Origin: Octopus vulgaris
Taxonomy: Eukaryota
DNA length: 64,000 bases
NCBI GenBank assembly: GCA_951406725.2
Contig: OX597830.1
Span: 19,840,001 to 19,904,000, forward strand
Direction: 5' to 3'
Made by a program: the position numbers and the translations under genes. Numbering within the stretch: position 1 is the first letter of the stretch; every line of letters begins with the position of its first letter. Below, one piece after another: positions 1 to 15,819 of the stretch. The notes below the pieces were generated by a model, which made no database searches, was not told where the DNA came from, and saw nothing but the letters and a program-made list of their open reading frames with translations.

Positions 1-540
1 TTACCTTGGGGTAACCAGTACCAGATCCAATATATTTTATATAGTAGCCCAAACATCATCAGATTCCACGGTTCTCTCTTAAAAACGGGAAGGGTGCAGT
101 AGATAGTGTAATTCCTGGATATCTGTAAAAAGACGCAATGGTCATGGCTGGAAGGCCTATCATTGACTAAGGGCTGAATCCTAATCTTGACCCTAACCCT
201 AACAATGATAATGATGATCAGCGTTAAAATCACCATCGTGTCTACTACAACCACCGCAACCATTATCAAGTGCATTATTTCACCACCACCACCACCACCA
301 CCTCAACCATCATGCCCACCACCACTGCCACCATAACAACCACCACCACAACCACATCCACCACCTCTACCACTAATACCACCACCACCACCAACAACAG
401 CAACCCTCACAACCATTACCTACACCGCCACCATCACCCCCACCCCACCCCTACCATCCAGTACCAGCCTTAATGAAAAACACACTTTGCGACCTTCACT
501 AATCTCATCACCGCCATCTTATATACCACGACGACAACGA

Positions 541-1160
541 CACCCCACCACTACCACTACCACCACCACCACCACCACCACCACCACCACCACCACCACC
601 ACCACCACCACTACCACCACCACAACCACCGCCACTACCACCACCACCACCACAACTACCGCCACTACCACCGCCACCACCACCACCAGCACCACCAAAA
701 CCACCACCACTACCACCACAACCACCACAACTACCGCCACTACCACCGTCACTACCACCGCCACTACCACCACCACCACCACCACCACCACCACCACCAC
801 AACCACCACCACAACCACCACAACCACCACCACCACCACCACCACCACCACCACCACCACCACAACCACCACAACCACCACAACTACCACCACCACCACC
901 ACAACCACCACCACCACCACCACCACCACCACCACAACCACCACAACCACCACCACCACCACCACAACCACCACCACAACCACCACAACCACCACAACCA
1001 CCACCACCACCACCACCACCACCACCACAACCACCACAACCACCACAACTACCACCACCACCACCACACCACCACCACCACCACCACCACCACCACCACT
1101 ACAACCACCGCCACTACCACAACCACCACAACTACCGCCACCACCACAACCACCACCGCA
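541..1160. repeat. (ACC)n/(ACA/ACT) compound trinucleotide microsatellite
   Basis: About 600 bp of ACC repeats. It explains the poly-Thr/poly-Val ORFs. Confidence 0.97.
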
Positions 1161-1582
1161 CGCTCCATCAGCAACCATTCCCCCCACGCCCACCACTACG
1201 TCTGCCCACACTCCACTCCATCATTCACTGTCCTCACTTTCCCCCAGTAAGTAATTGAATGTTTAATTTCAAACATTCAATGCAACAACAACAACAACAA
1301 CAACAACACAAACAACGACAACAACAACACCAACTACAACACCAACTACAACAAATGTTGCACTGTTTCCATGTTCTGTGCATGTGTTGACAGCTGCACA
1401 TTGCTTCAGATTTTTGGCAACAATGTTCTGTGCACAAAGAATTCTTGAAAACTACCTTCTCTGTTGTCTTCCTCTCCCTCTCACCCTTTCACTTTCACTT
1501 TCTCTCGGTTTCGCTTTCTTTATCTTTCTTAATATTAAATTTTTTAACGCGTTTCAGTTAAAAATACATGCAAAGATAAATG

Positions 1583-1619
<37 letters not shown>

Positions 1620-1681
1620 GTATATACATAAACACATATATATGTGTGTGTGTGTACATATATATAATTATATGTATATAT

Positions 1682-1727
<46 letters not shown>

Positions 1728-1773
1728 CACACTTATATATGGGTGAGTGTGTATGTATTTACATACATATGTA

Positions 1774-1818
<45 letters not shown>

Positions 1819-2072
1819 GTATGTGAGTGTATTATGTATATATACATATGGCTATATATGTGTATGTATATACACATATACATATCTGTACGTAGATATC
1901 TATATATACATACATGCAAGCATACATACATACACACACACATATATTTATGCACACACATACACATACGCACCCATACAGACATATATACACATACAAA
2001 CGCATACATACACAAAAATATGTATATGTATATACATCTTTACATATACAAGTATGTTTGTCACTGTGTGTG

Positions 2073-2130
<58 letters not shown>

Positions 2131-2463
2131 CATACATATATACGTACACACACACAGATGTATATATATATAGACATACACATAGACACACATACTGTAT
2201 ATATATATACTAGCAGCTCCAAGTATTGAGAATCATTACATTCATCATTACAAAGAGCATTTAATATGGCGGAAAATATTGCACTGAAGTGGTTACACAC
2301 ATACATACATATGCACACAGGCACATGCACATACATACATAGACACACTCACTCACACGCACACGCAGAAGATATTTTAGATTACCTCCGCGTCATTTGG
2401 ACTTAGAGCGTTCAGAGCCAGACCGAATAACGCCAGGTATTTCAGATTCGACGCCCTACCGAT

Positions 2464-2494
<31 letters not shown>

Positions 2495-2510
2495 CTGGTA
2501 TATGGATTTA

Positions 2511-2571
<61 letters not shown>

Positions 2572-3099
2572 CACATATATATGTATGCACACATACATGT
2601 ACTTACTTTTATGTGTTAACGAACGCATTTGTAGTGTGTGTGTGTGTGTGTGTCTTTGTAAGAGTTTTAAAAATCTTCTTATAGACCTGAGCATGCAAGA
2701 GATGCCGGCGGAAGAAAAACAAATACAAAATAACAAAACGGTTAAGAATGGTTATAGTTATTATCAGATCCCTAGAATCGATCCTAAAATTCTCTCACGG
2801 AGAACCTAAATCGAAACAGCTTGGCATTTAAAAGTCTTCCGTTTTGGAACTGCCTTTCTCAAGAAGATTTTCTTGGAGATCTTTAAAAGGTATCTAGTTG
2901 TATATTTTCCTCAACATTGCCTAACAGATACCTGCAATATGCTGCAAATAACACAGAACAGACTCTAACAATTCGTTAACCCATCAAATCTTTAATCTAT
3001 TAAGTAGAGTTACTAATTATTCTGATAAACCCAATATATTATTACGATGAACACCTGGATATATACACAAATATCACAACAATATCTACTTCTTCACGT

Positions 3100-3417
3100 C
3101 CAGACCACCAGCCCTATTTCAGACGCACATACATACTCTCTTATACACACACGCACCTTCGTGTTTGGGGTCATCTTTACTTTGTTATCTCCCCTACTTC
3201 CCCTCTCGTGTGTGACCCTTCTGTCCGAGTCAGTCGCCATGATAGATCGTTAGCCACTACACACATTTTTTCTCTCCTTGTTTTTTCTGTGTCCCTTTCT
3301 GTAGAAGAGTGTAGTCTCGAAATGTAAAAGACTTTTTCAATTCCTGAGCGTTATACTAATACATATGTTTGTTTTGTACACCATCTGTCTTCGACTTTTG
3401 TTTTTTTCGTAAACTCT

Positions 3418-3420
<3 letters not shown>
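3100..3420 (+). mobile_element. Probable Penelope-like pLTR remnant with a degenerate hammerhead at 3295-3330
   Basis: CTTT-CTGTAGA-A-GAG(tgtagt)CTC-GAAA-TG-TA-AAAG, then a ~90-nt pyrimidine-rich tail ending in (TA)n. Similar to 10240-10430. Confidence 0.55.
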
Positions 3421-3474
<54 letters not shown>

Positions 3475-4060
3475 CAATAAGAGGCTTCCAAATAGGAAAG
3501 CGTTCTGCTAGAAAGAGCAGTAGAAATCTCAAAAACCACAAAAAAGGATAAATTCTCGAAAGGAATGAAAATTAAAAACGTTTACCATCTCAGCTATTTC
3601 CCAGAACATGGTTTCTAACTATTTCCAGCAAAAAAATATTCGCTGAAGGCCAGTTTTCATCAGTGGGATAGCCGGGTATAATCTGCATCTGCGCAGTGGT
3701 TTGAAAAGTTAGGATACACAAACCGTTAGTTCTACATGTGGATCTGGCTGTCTGTATGTCTGATATCTAAAGGCTATTCCGAGATGTGTTGAAAGATACA
3801 AATCAAACTTTGTTTACTTTCATCGTAAGGTGAATTTAACGTTAGCGTCTTAAGAAGTAAATTTATAAGTTGTAAAATTAATGGTAAAGCACTTGAAGTG
3901 TAATCATAGGGATGTGAGTTCGAATCTCATGGCTGGCCGGTAACATATTTTTCCGCAATATATGGGTAATTTATCTTGACTACGCTATTTATTAGCATTA
4001 TCACGCGTTTGAGAATAAAAAAAATTATTTCTGTACATACATACATACATACGTACATAC

Positions 4061-4116
<56 letters not shown>

Positions 4117-5570
4117 TGTTAAAGGAAAAGAAAACCAAGGCAGAACGAACATCTCAGGTAATTTAGAATATCTAATTAGAGTAAAGTGAATAAAAAAAGA
4201 AGTTTCATGGAATGGTAGTAATGCTCTGACGGTGCGTTGTGTGTTTTAAGGTTCGTAGACACGCTAAGCTCGCAGCCGCCACCGCCTCTACGACGACGAC
4301 GACGACCACTACAACCACCACCACCACCACGGCGACGACGACGACCACCACCACCAGCACCACCACCAGCACTACCATCATCACCATCACCCCCACCATC
4401 ATCACCATCACCACCACCATACCACCACCATCACCACCATCATCACCACCATCATCATCACCACCACCACCAATTTTAAAATGTGCACACAACCACACAG
4501 AAAAACTGTTTCTTGCTAAATTTACAACCAGGTGTAGAAACTTCAATTTCGGTGATGAGGACGACGACGATGACGACGATAATGATGATTACGATGATGA
4601 TGATTACGATGATGATGATGATGATGACGCTTGATAATCAAGATAGTCATCGTTATCGTCGTCGTTGCATTTCCTACCGTTACTAAAACCGCCGACGCCA
4701 CCCCCACCTCCTCCCACACTACCATACCTCCACCACCACCATTATCACCATCATCACCACCGCCGCCGCCGCCACCATTACCATCATGTCATCACTTTAA
4801 TCATAGCCATAATTCTCCTCTTCTCTTCCTCCTCTCCTCTTCTTCCTCCCCTCCTCCTCTTCTACTTACTCTACATTATTAATACCTTAATCACTATCTT
4901 CCCCTTATCATCGACGTCATAACCGTCGTCGTGCCTATCATTATCATCATCATAATCATTATCATCATCATCATCATCATCATCATAATCATCACCATCG
5001 TGTTTTTATTAGCAATATCACCACCACCGTCTCCAGCACCACCATACACATCGTGATTAAAATAAAAATCATTGTTCATTTCATATTGCCAAAATCGCAG
5101 TCGTCATCACCACCACCACCACCACTATCATCGTCACCATCATGAACACCACTACCATAATCGCCACCATCACCACCACCACCACCACCATCACCTCCAC
5201 CACCACTACAAACTACATTCCTCATCATCATTATCACCACCATCGTCGTCGTCGTCATCATCGTTATCATTGTCACCGCCTCCACCACAATTATCATTAT
5301 CCTCATCATCATCATCATTGTCGTCCTTGTTTCCATCACCACGACCACCACCGTAACACACAATATCCATGTCACAGCGCCACCACCATCACCACCACCT
5401 CCATTACTATTATATTTTCATATATCATTATACATTCACACACACATACATATATATGTGTGTGTACACATACATACATGCATACATGTCCATATATATA
5501 TATATATAAACATGAATCAATTTAGTTTTCCTTCAAAATCAAAAATAGAATTAGTAAGTTGATATTCGCT

Positions 5571-5696
<126 letters not shown>

Positions 5697-6163
5697 ATAT
5701 GTATGTATATGTAAACTTAAACAAGCAATAGAATTAGATTTATAGGCCAACTTGAAGTAATTGATGGGTTTAAAGAATTTAAACATGAGACTCTTTCTAA
5801 GTTTATTCAAATTGATATATCTACTTTTTATTCCTCCATTAACCCTATTTTGCTAAATAAGGTACTCATCTTTGCGATGAAGAGTTGATTTATCTAGACA
5901 AGTGATAGATATTATTTCAGCAGTTAGAATGACTATAATTGAATTTGCAGGTAAATATTAAACCAGAAAGTATAAACCAAACAATTTTGATATTACAATG
6001 GCGTCTGGCGACTCAGCACAAGTGACTGATTTAGTAGACATATATATATATATATACATACATATATATATATATATATATACATACATATATGTATATA
6101 TACATATATGTATATAAGCATTATGATGCTTAAATGGGGAACTTCGCAGTAGTGGCTGTGACA

Positions 6164-6324
6164 GGCGCAGGAGTGGCTGTGTGGTAAGTAGCTTGCTTAC
6201 CAACCACATGGTTCCGGGTTCAGTCCCACTGCGTGGCACCTTGGACAAGTGTCTTCTACTATAGCCTCGGCTGACCAAAGCCTTGTGAGTGGATTTGGTA
6301 GACGGAAACTGAAAGAAGCCCGTC

Positions 6325-6381
<57 letters not shown>

Positions 6382-6598
6382 CGTGTGTGTTTGTGTGTCT
6401 GTTTGTCCCCCTAGCATTGCTTGACAACCGATGCTGGTGTGTTTATGTCCCCGTCACTTAGCGGCTCGGCAAAAGAGACCGATAGAATAAGTACTGGGCT
6501 TACAAAGAATAAGTCCCAGGGTCGAGTTGCTCGATTAAAGGCGGTTCTCCAGCATGGCCGCAGTCAAATGACTGAAACAAGTAAAAGAAAGATAAAGA
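6164..6598 (+). mobile_element. Octopus tRNA-derived SINE, family A (CORE-like, internal (TA)n)
   Basis: GGCGCAGGAGTGGCTGTGTGG A-box, GGGTTCAGTCCC B-box, CCTTGG(G/A)CAAGT CORE-like motif, internal TA/TG tract and 3' module ending GAAACAAGTAAAAGA. Many near-identical copies in the window. Confidence 0.9.
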
Positions 6599-7277
6599 TA
6601 GTGGGAGATTATATAAGAATGACACTTTACTGTTTCTAGATGTGGAATGATTAGCTCAGACTGGTATAGGAAAATTTTGTTAAACTTTTAGTACTATCTC
6701 CTTAGAGAATGAGTATAGTGGAGAAAATTTTCTGAATGCTATTTTGGACTTTAGTATGATCCGTATCACAAACCAAACGAAAATCTTATGTGCATGAATC
6801 GAAAATCTAATCATCCCAAATGAATTATAAATTCTATAATTAGGAGCTTCTCCCTTTGAATCTTTAAATTTTCAACCAGCGAAAATATATTTAAAAGAAT
6901 GAGAATTACTAAAATCCAGCTTTAGCCGAAAGTGGATTATAAAGAGAAAATCCAATATGTTCTTAGTGGCGAGATTAAGAATATGCATAAATATGTAGAA
7001 GTAATGGAACGGATGAATAATGATAGCGATCACCATAATGATAAAAACGTAATTACTTAGACATACTTTAATAAGAAGAATGACATGGAAAGCTTTATTG
7101 ATAATAAAAAGCTGGTGTAGATATCGTGAGCAACAATTAAAAACTCTAATTAAGAGAAACAGTGAAATGTAGAGTGAGAGCTGGTATGTGAATCTAGGGG
7201 GCCGAGTTAGTATTTATAAGACCATTATATCAAGCAAGGAATTTATATACTATAATACGGATAATAATAAAGATATT

Positions 7278-7630
<353 letters not shown>

Positions 7631-9059
7631 TATAATAATGATAACGCTTGTAATGATAAAAATGGTAATATTGATGGTAATAGTAGTAGTACTACTACTA
7701 ACAGAAAAAAACAAAAAATAGTCATATGAATAAAAATGGTATAAATGATTCAAACCAAGAGGGTGAATATGGCTCCCTTCGCATGTTTACTGATAACTAT
7801 AAAAATTTTACTGATAACCATAAAGTAAAAATAGTTACTATAATATTAATCCTAGAAAGTGGAGAGCTCGCTTGAGACAAGTTACATGGTATAATGCCCC
7901 ATGCGGGGCCCAAATAGTCACAAATACACCAGGTAAATTTGTCAATTCAGATATTAGAAACCTATTGCAGCGCCTGATGCTCGTAAGAGAGTTTGCAGAA
8001 ATGGATTTAGCCAATCAACTTAATAACAGTAATAAAAAGATGGTAGTAACGAGAATACTATTGATGGTAATAATAATAATATCAATAAAAATAATAACCA
8101 TAGTAATGATAATATCAATTATAGTAAAAATACAACCGAGTGTTAGCTCGAATAAGGAAGACATATGTATATCAAATGCATCATATATTAATACAGAAGA
8201 GATTCTTAATTCAACACCTAATGTTTACAATAAATGGAATATGAAGATTTCGGATGCAAAATCTCTCAGTAATAGGCTTCACCTGTTATGTAATTTTAAA
8301 AATCGTTTGAAAGGCCCAATAGCCAATACTTAAGAAAAAAAATGACTAATTTACAAATATTCAGTATTAACAGGAGAATGTACTTACTATTATGTAGATA
8401 TTTGCGCAACTAATTTTAAGTCAACATTATATAATCAAGTTTCAACGTTTAGATATAGAAGAAGGAAAGTTCCATTTCTTTAAGTAAATTTGTCTGAGGC
8501 CTCAAAGAGAGGAATGTTAGGTAATATATGAAATCGTCAATCATAAGAAGCGCACTACCGTATAATGGGGGAGAAAACAAAACTGAAGTGTATCTTATGT
8601 CTCGAGGAGATACTTCATATACTTACATCCAAATCTAACATATTAAATAAAAGAAATGAATTAACGTTAAGATGTATGCATTTATTTAGAAGAACTTTTA
8701 AAACCTTCCCAAATAAATGGAGTACTGGTTAGTGCACCCGAGCATAATAGTTGTGTTTGCTTCTCTCGGTCCGGTATATTTAGTATATTTAACGTTGCTA
8801 GCATTATTCATTGGATACACTAACATTTATTTCATGTTGTTATTTTAGTTATTTTAGTTTTCTTCTTATTGTTATTATTGTTTTTCTAATTGTTATTAGT
8901 AATTCTTAAAATCTTGCAATTAGAATGCTTAATTACTTCAAAATTTGTTCTAAAATTTCTTGTTTAATATATTTTGAATTTCATTACAATTATTTCAATT
9001 TTCAAATCTTTATTTCTATAGCAATTTTGTTTTTTAAATAGAATACCTTCCTTACTGAC

Positions 9060-9916
9060 TAATACATTGGTTAATTTCCTTTAGAATTCTCATTAACTGA
9101 ACACATCTTCTACTCGTTGTTTATATTTAGAATTAATACCGATCAAATGTAATGTTTATCGAGTCCGAAATAATATTTCTACTGAACAGCCTGGTTCTAC
9201 ATATTTTCTCTGGGTATTTGAATTGTTCAATATTCATTTAAATGGGGTAGGAATTTTGCTATAAATATTCTTCGAGTTGCCGGATGGGATTGAAGAAACC
9301 CAGTTTCATGTTACAATTCTATCATGATCAAATAAATATAATTCCTAAGTAATTCTACTGAAACACCTCCCTGTCTTTTATGCTGGTCAAATATTGTTAG
9401 TTTTAGTATCTCATCAAAACTTTCTCTTTTCCAATTAGTGTTGTATAGCCTTGATAAGCATAGGATGATTTACAATTTCTCTGTTTCTGTAGAATCTTAG
9501 TCGATTGAATATTAGATCGATTATTGTATATGATAACTGCAACGGAGAATTTTGGAATTTGTCAATCCATCGGAAATGTTCGTGAACTGATTAAACAATG
9601 AATAATTCTCCTTTCTTTTGTGTTTTCTACTATAATCTGTAACATTTATGACGATACTTGTTTACATTATAACCGTGTAGTAACAAAACAAAACATATAA
9701 CGAAGCAGGGTAAGAACAATGTAACAATCCAACAAACTCTTCGCGAATTATACACGAAACAATAAATGATATTCCGACAAACTACCAAAACGGCACCTCA
9801 CGACTTCCTGCGATTAATGCCTACACTCCCTCTGTCTCTCACTCAGACTGATACTGTTTATAGTCGCTCGGTCAAGTCTATTCTCGCAGAGGAGTGTCGT
9901 GACTCTCGCCACAACA
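9060..9916 (-). mobile_element. Possible highly decayed LTR retrotransposon (LTR-like 9638-9916 plus gag-like remnant)
   Basis: Minus strand reads TGTTGTGG..TATAAA..TGTTACA over ~280 bp. Downstream fragments WIDKFQN and KRQGGVSVE weakly resemble gag. No clear PBS. Confidence 0.25.
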
Positions 9917-10239
9917 TTTCTCCTTTTGAGATTTCGACTTCCGTAAGAAACGAAATTTATTTTATCATTCTTTCTTTCTTTCTTTCCAACACCTTTCCCT
10001 TTTTTAAATTTTGTTTTCCTAGGGAGTTCAGTACCTTTTCCGCTGGGGAATTATTTCAAAATGTTCAGTCGTTTTACATTTTTTTATTACTGCTCCTTCT
10101 AGGCTCAGTGTACGTATGTATTTATGTATGCATGCATCTGTCTATCTATCTGTTTGTCTGTGTGTCTGTCTGTCTGTCTCTCCCTATATATATACACACA
10201 CACATATATATGTATATGTGGGTGCGTGACCGCGTGTGT

Positions 10240-10430
10240 ACCGTTGGCGATTTTCTTTCTCCGTCTTCCCTTCCTTGGACCTTTCCTTTTTCTATGTTTC
10301 TGACGAAGAGCTCCACTCGAAACGTTAAATCCTCCTTCTTCCTTTCCTTTCATGAGCGTCCAATACTTGTTCCACGTCCTCGCGTTGTTGTGTTTTCTCT
10401 TTGTGTTTTCATGTTAGGATTAACTTTATA
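10240..10430 (+). mobile_element. Probable Penelope-like pLTR remnant carrying a minimal hammerhead motif (10296-10330)
   Basis: GTTT-CTGACGA-A-GAG(ctcca)CTC-GAAA-CG-TT-AAAT with palindromic AACGTT stem III. The tail ends at a TA/CA microsatellite. Confidence 0.65.
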
Positions 10431-10476
10431 TATATGTACACACACACACACACATACACACACACACACACACACG

Positions 10477-10521
<45 letters not shown>

Positions 10522-12064
10522 GTACGTACACGTGTGTATGTTTATGTGTATGTGTCTCCGTGTTTGTGTCTATACGTTTGCCACCACACAGCCGGTTAAA
10601 GACACCGTCTTTTTCATTGAGGAGACCAACATAGATGCTAGGATCCATATGATTCACTGACTAAAGACCTTTGAAGGCACTGCTCCAGCATAGTCGTGCT
10701 CGAGTGGATGAAAGCTGTTATAAAAAATAAAAGGATATTCCCTTAATTATTCTCCCCCCCCCCAATTGTTAGTTCCTCATACCCCCTCATACAACAACAT
10801 CAACAACATTAACGTCATGAACTTCAGCATCTTGGTCATCAATATCATCATCATCATCATCATCATTGCCAAGATGATCATTATGATTATCGTTGCCGTT
10901 ATCACCATCGTCATCGTTCATCATCACGGCGGCGATGACGACGACGACGACGAACCCCTCCACCCCTATCACCGAAAACCACCCCCACCCCACCCCAACA
11001 CCACCACCACCACCACCACCACCGCCGCCGCCGTCGCACCGGCCGGCTGCTGCCATTCTTATCGTCACCGTCTTTGCCGCCGCCTTCAACACCGTCGTTG
11101 TCTTCGTTGCCGTCGTCATTGTCATTGCCAACGTCGTCGACGTCATGGTCTTCGTCATCGCCGTCGACGTCATCATAACCGTCACCGCCGCCGCCGCCGC
11201 CGTCATTGTCCTCGTCGTCTCCATTGTCCCTTCGCCATAACCGCCATCGTGAAAGATATTCCTTCGCTTATTTTCCATTCATAAGATTCATTGAAATTAT
11301 ACATTCGTACAAACATTCAATCAGTCAGCATCACTGAGACATTTCGAGAACTTTCTACACGATTTCTGCATTAAATCTTCATCCACTTACCTAAAACACG
11401 TCGCCATCACCACCACTACCCCCCATCACCCACCAGACCCCATCACCCACCACCACCACCACCACCACCACCTCTACTCCTACTACCAAAAACGCAGTCC
11501 CCTTATATTAAATAAATGAAGAAAAGACGAAATTATATCAAAAACAACAATAGGAAAATAATGGTAAAAAAAATATTTAAAAAAAATTAAAACATTATAC
11601 AAACAACAAACAACGAGAAATAAACAATAAAGAAGAATGTTTTTTTGTTGTTTCGTTTGTTTTTTTGTGTTCTTTATTTTATCCTTTTTCTTTTCTTTTC
11701 TTTCTTTTTTATTTATTTATTTATCTATTTATTATTTTTTTTTCGGAATCCATCTGGTTATCTTTCCTTACTTTTAGCAAAAAGCGTCTTCGGTCCATTT
11801 CCTGATAGATGTCTTTAGCTGCTGCTGCTATTGTTGTTGTTGTTGTTGTCGTCGTCGTCGTCGTCATCGTCATCACCACCATCATCATCATCATCATCAT
11901 CATCATCGCCATCGTAATCATCATCATCATCATCGTCGTCATCATTGCCACCATCACCACCACCACCATCATCATCATCTTCATCATCATCATCATCATC
12001 ATCATCGTCGTCGTCGTCATCATCATCATCATCATTATCATCATCATCATCATCGTCGTCGTCG

Positions 12065-12117
<53 letters not shown>

Positions 12118-13024
12118 GTTGTTGTTGTTGTTATTGTTATTGTTATTGTTATTATTTAGCCACTGCTTCTGTCGTCGTTATATATATAGATATTTTTTTG
12201 GTTTTTATTGTTGCTATTATTGCTATCACTGCTGCTGCTGCTGTTTTTGTTGTTGTTGTTGTTGTTCTTGTTCTTGTTCATGTTCTTGTTGTTCTTGTAT
12301 GTCTTCACGGCTTCATTGATCAAGCTACACTCCCGCAGAATTACAACAATAGTTAATAATAACAATGCCAATAACAACAACAACAAGAACAACAACAAAA
12401 ACATCCACAACAACAACAACAATAACAGTAAAACGGACGATGACAATAACAAGAAGACACCTCCGAACAATAATTACAGCAACAACCGCAGAAACAATAT
12501 GAAAAAAAAACATGAACGAAATACCAGCAACAACAACAACAACTATTACAGTAACAGTTAGCGACACCTACAACAGCCAAGAAAGACAACTGCAACAATA
12601 ACAACTTTACTAAGAGCAATCATAAGATAAAGAGCAACAGTAAGATGTGTTTCAGCAACAACAACAACAACAATAACAAAAATAACTGCGATATCAAGAA
12701 CTGTAATAAGAACAATATCCTGAATGGTATGAAGAAGACGGCGGGGGTGGGATGAGGGTAAGGATGAGGAGAAGAAGAAGGGGAAGAGGAACAATGCCTA
12801 AAGAACTGAGAGGACGGATGGGAAGAAAAGAAGGAAGAGGAGCAGGAGGAGGTGGTCGGAGAGGAGGGGAAGAAGAAGACGTAGAAGAAGAACAACAACA
12901 AGAACAACAACAAGAAAGAAAAAGGCTAACAAGAAGAAGGATTAAGAAGGATAAGATGGAGGAATGGAAGAATGGGAGGAGAAGAAGAAGAGGAAGAAGA
13001 AATAAGGAGGAAGAGGGAGGGGAG

Positions 13025-13430
13025 AGGAGAAGAAGAAGAAGAAGAAGAAGAAGAAGAAGAAGAAGAAGAGGACGAAGAAGACGAAGACGATGACGAAGAA
13101 GAAGACGAAGAAGAAGAAGAAGAAGAGGACGAAGAAGACGAAGACGACGACGAAGAAGAAGACGAAGAAGAAGAAGAAGAGAAGAAGAAGAAGAAGAAGA
13201 AGAAGAAGAAGAAGAAGAGGACGAAGAAGACGAAGACGATGACGAAGAAGAAGACAGAAGAAGAAGAAGAAGAAGAAGAAGAAGAAGAAGAAGAAGAAGA
13301 AGAAGAAGAAGAAGAAGAAGAAGAAGAAGAGGACGAAGAAGACGAAGACGACGACGAAGAAGAAGACGAAGAAGAAGAAGAAGAAGAAGAAGAAGAAGAA
13401 GAAGAAGAAGAAGAAGAAAAAAAGAAGAAA
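13025..13430. repeat. (GAA)n microsatellite with four copies of a higher-order GAG-GAC-GAA-GAA-GAC unit
   Basis: Unit GAGGACGAAGAAGACGAAGACGAYGACGAAGAAGAAGAC at about 13068, 13125, 13217 and 13329. Confidence 0.9.
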
Positions 13431-13475
13431 GTGAACGAGATGAAGAACAACAACAACGACAGCAACAACAACAGC

Positions 13476-13506
<31 letters not shown>

Positions 13507-13809
13507 TTAACAGTAACAGCAGCAGCAGCAGCGGTAAGTACGAGAATAATTCAAGAGAATAAGAATGCAAAAGTAGAAAGAAGAAGAAAGAAAGAAATAA
13601 AGAAAGAAATAAAGAAAGAGAAGAAAGAGAAGAGCGTTGGCTCATTTGCATACGATCGTCTTCAATTGAATGGGTTGTATTGAGTTGAAAAAGGATGTGT
13701 TTGGAGATGCAGCTTTGTCTAATGGTTAACGGCGCATGTAGTGGAAAGTACATCTGCAGCCACCCACATCACCCAAGACTATCACCTGATATCCTGATAT
13801 CAACATCAC

Positions 13810-13840
<31 letters not shown>

Positions 13841-13901
13841 ATATACACACACACACACAAACACACATATACACACGCGCACCTACCCACATATCTCTTC
13901 T

Positions 13902-13989
<88 letters not shown>

Positions 13990-14283
13990 ATAATTGCAAT
14001 CTCGCTGTCATTTTCTCACTATCGCTTTCTCTCTATATATATACATATGTGTATATTAATCTCTGTATTTCTCTGAATCTCTTTGCCTGTCTGTCTGTCT
14101 GCCTCTGTGTGTGTCTCTCTCTCTTTCTCTCTCCCCCCCTCTCTCTCTCTCTCTCTTTCTTTCTTTCTCTCCCTCTTTGTCTCTCTCTCCTATCTTTCTT
14201 TCTCTGTTCTTCAGTCATTGTCACGCTCTATATATATCCCTTTAGATTTCTTGAAGCACCCATGTTACCTCTACTCATATTTC

Positions 14284-14775
<492 letters not shown>

Positions 14776-15295
14776 CACATCTATGTGTGTTTACCTGTTA
14801 ATCTATCAGTGTATATCCCCTCCCACCATCACTCACTCTCTTCTTTCTCCCAACCTCCCTCTCTTTTCCCTTTCTCTCCCGCTTCGCCTTTTCTCTCTCA
14901 CCTTATCTACCTACCCACCCCACCCACCCACACACACTACACAACACACACAACACACACACACACATACACACTCACTACCAATCTATTATAATGGAAA
15001 TTATCAAACAAATTGAATTGTTGTGTTCGATCATGTTTATTCTACGCTATAGCTAGATTGCAACTCTCCGCCATCACTCTCCTCCTACCACCACCACCAC
15101 CACCACCACCCTATCTCGGCCTGTGTCAGTCTGTCAGTCTGTCTGTCTTTCACTCTCTTTATGATCAAACGTGTCCATTCTCTACACTGTGAGATAGCAA
15201 CATACATTCGCACACGTACTCCCTTTCTCTCCTTCTTATCATTCTTTTCTCTCTTCTCCTTCTGCCTCTGCAATGTTCTTTCATATATATACAGA

Positions 15296-15347
<52 letters not shown>

Positions 15348-15376
15348 TATATATATACACATATACATATATATAT

Positions 15377-15436
<60 letters not shown>

Positions 15437-15594
15437 TTTTATTTCATGCGTGTATGTGTTTGTGTATGTGTGTATACAAAGGTGAGATAGCAACGCATTC
15501 ACTTTCGTTTCCATTCTCTTTCATTGACGTCTCTCTCACTCTCTCTCTCTCTCCCTCTCTGAATGTGCCTGAATGTATATGTTTTCATGTGAGT

Positions 15595-15660
<66 letters not shown>

Positions 15661-15819
15661 GTATATCTATCTACCTATCTACCTATCTATCTGTCTGTCT
15701 GTCTGAAGTTGACCGTTACGTATGTTTCCTTTTTTCAGAAACAGCTTAATGTATTGGTGAACAGTCAATAGGCGTTGAAGTTCCTAAATATTAAAGTCTT
15801 AGTTGAGAAAAATTAGCTG

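Noticed and set aside
191-203. CCCTAACCCTAAC telomere-like motif
   Set aside because: Only two units, so chance occurrence is likely.
487-1254. Long low-complexity ORFs (poly-Thr, poly-Asp/Glu, YIYI, LSIY, His-rich, Gly/Cys/Asp-rich) here and throughout the track
   Set aside because: They are translations of stop-free microsatellites, open in several frames and on both strands, with no domain or splice evidence.
9766-10599. 277-aa ORF
   Set aside because: It crosses unrelated repeats (LTR-like piece, microsatellites, pLTR remnant) and has no recognisable protein motif.
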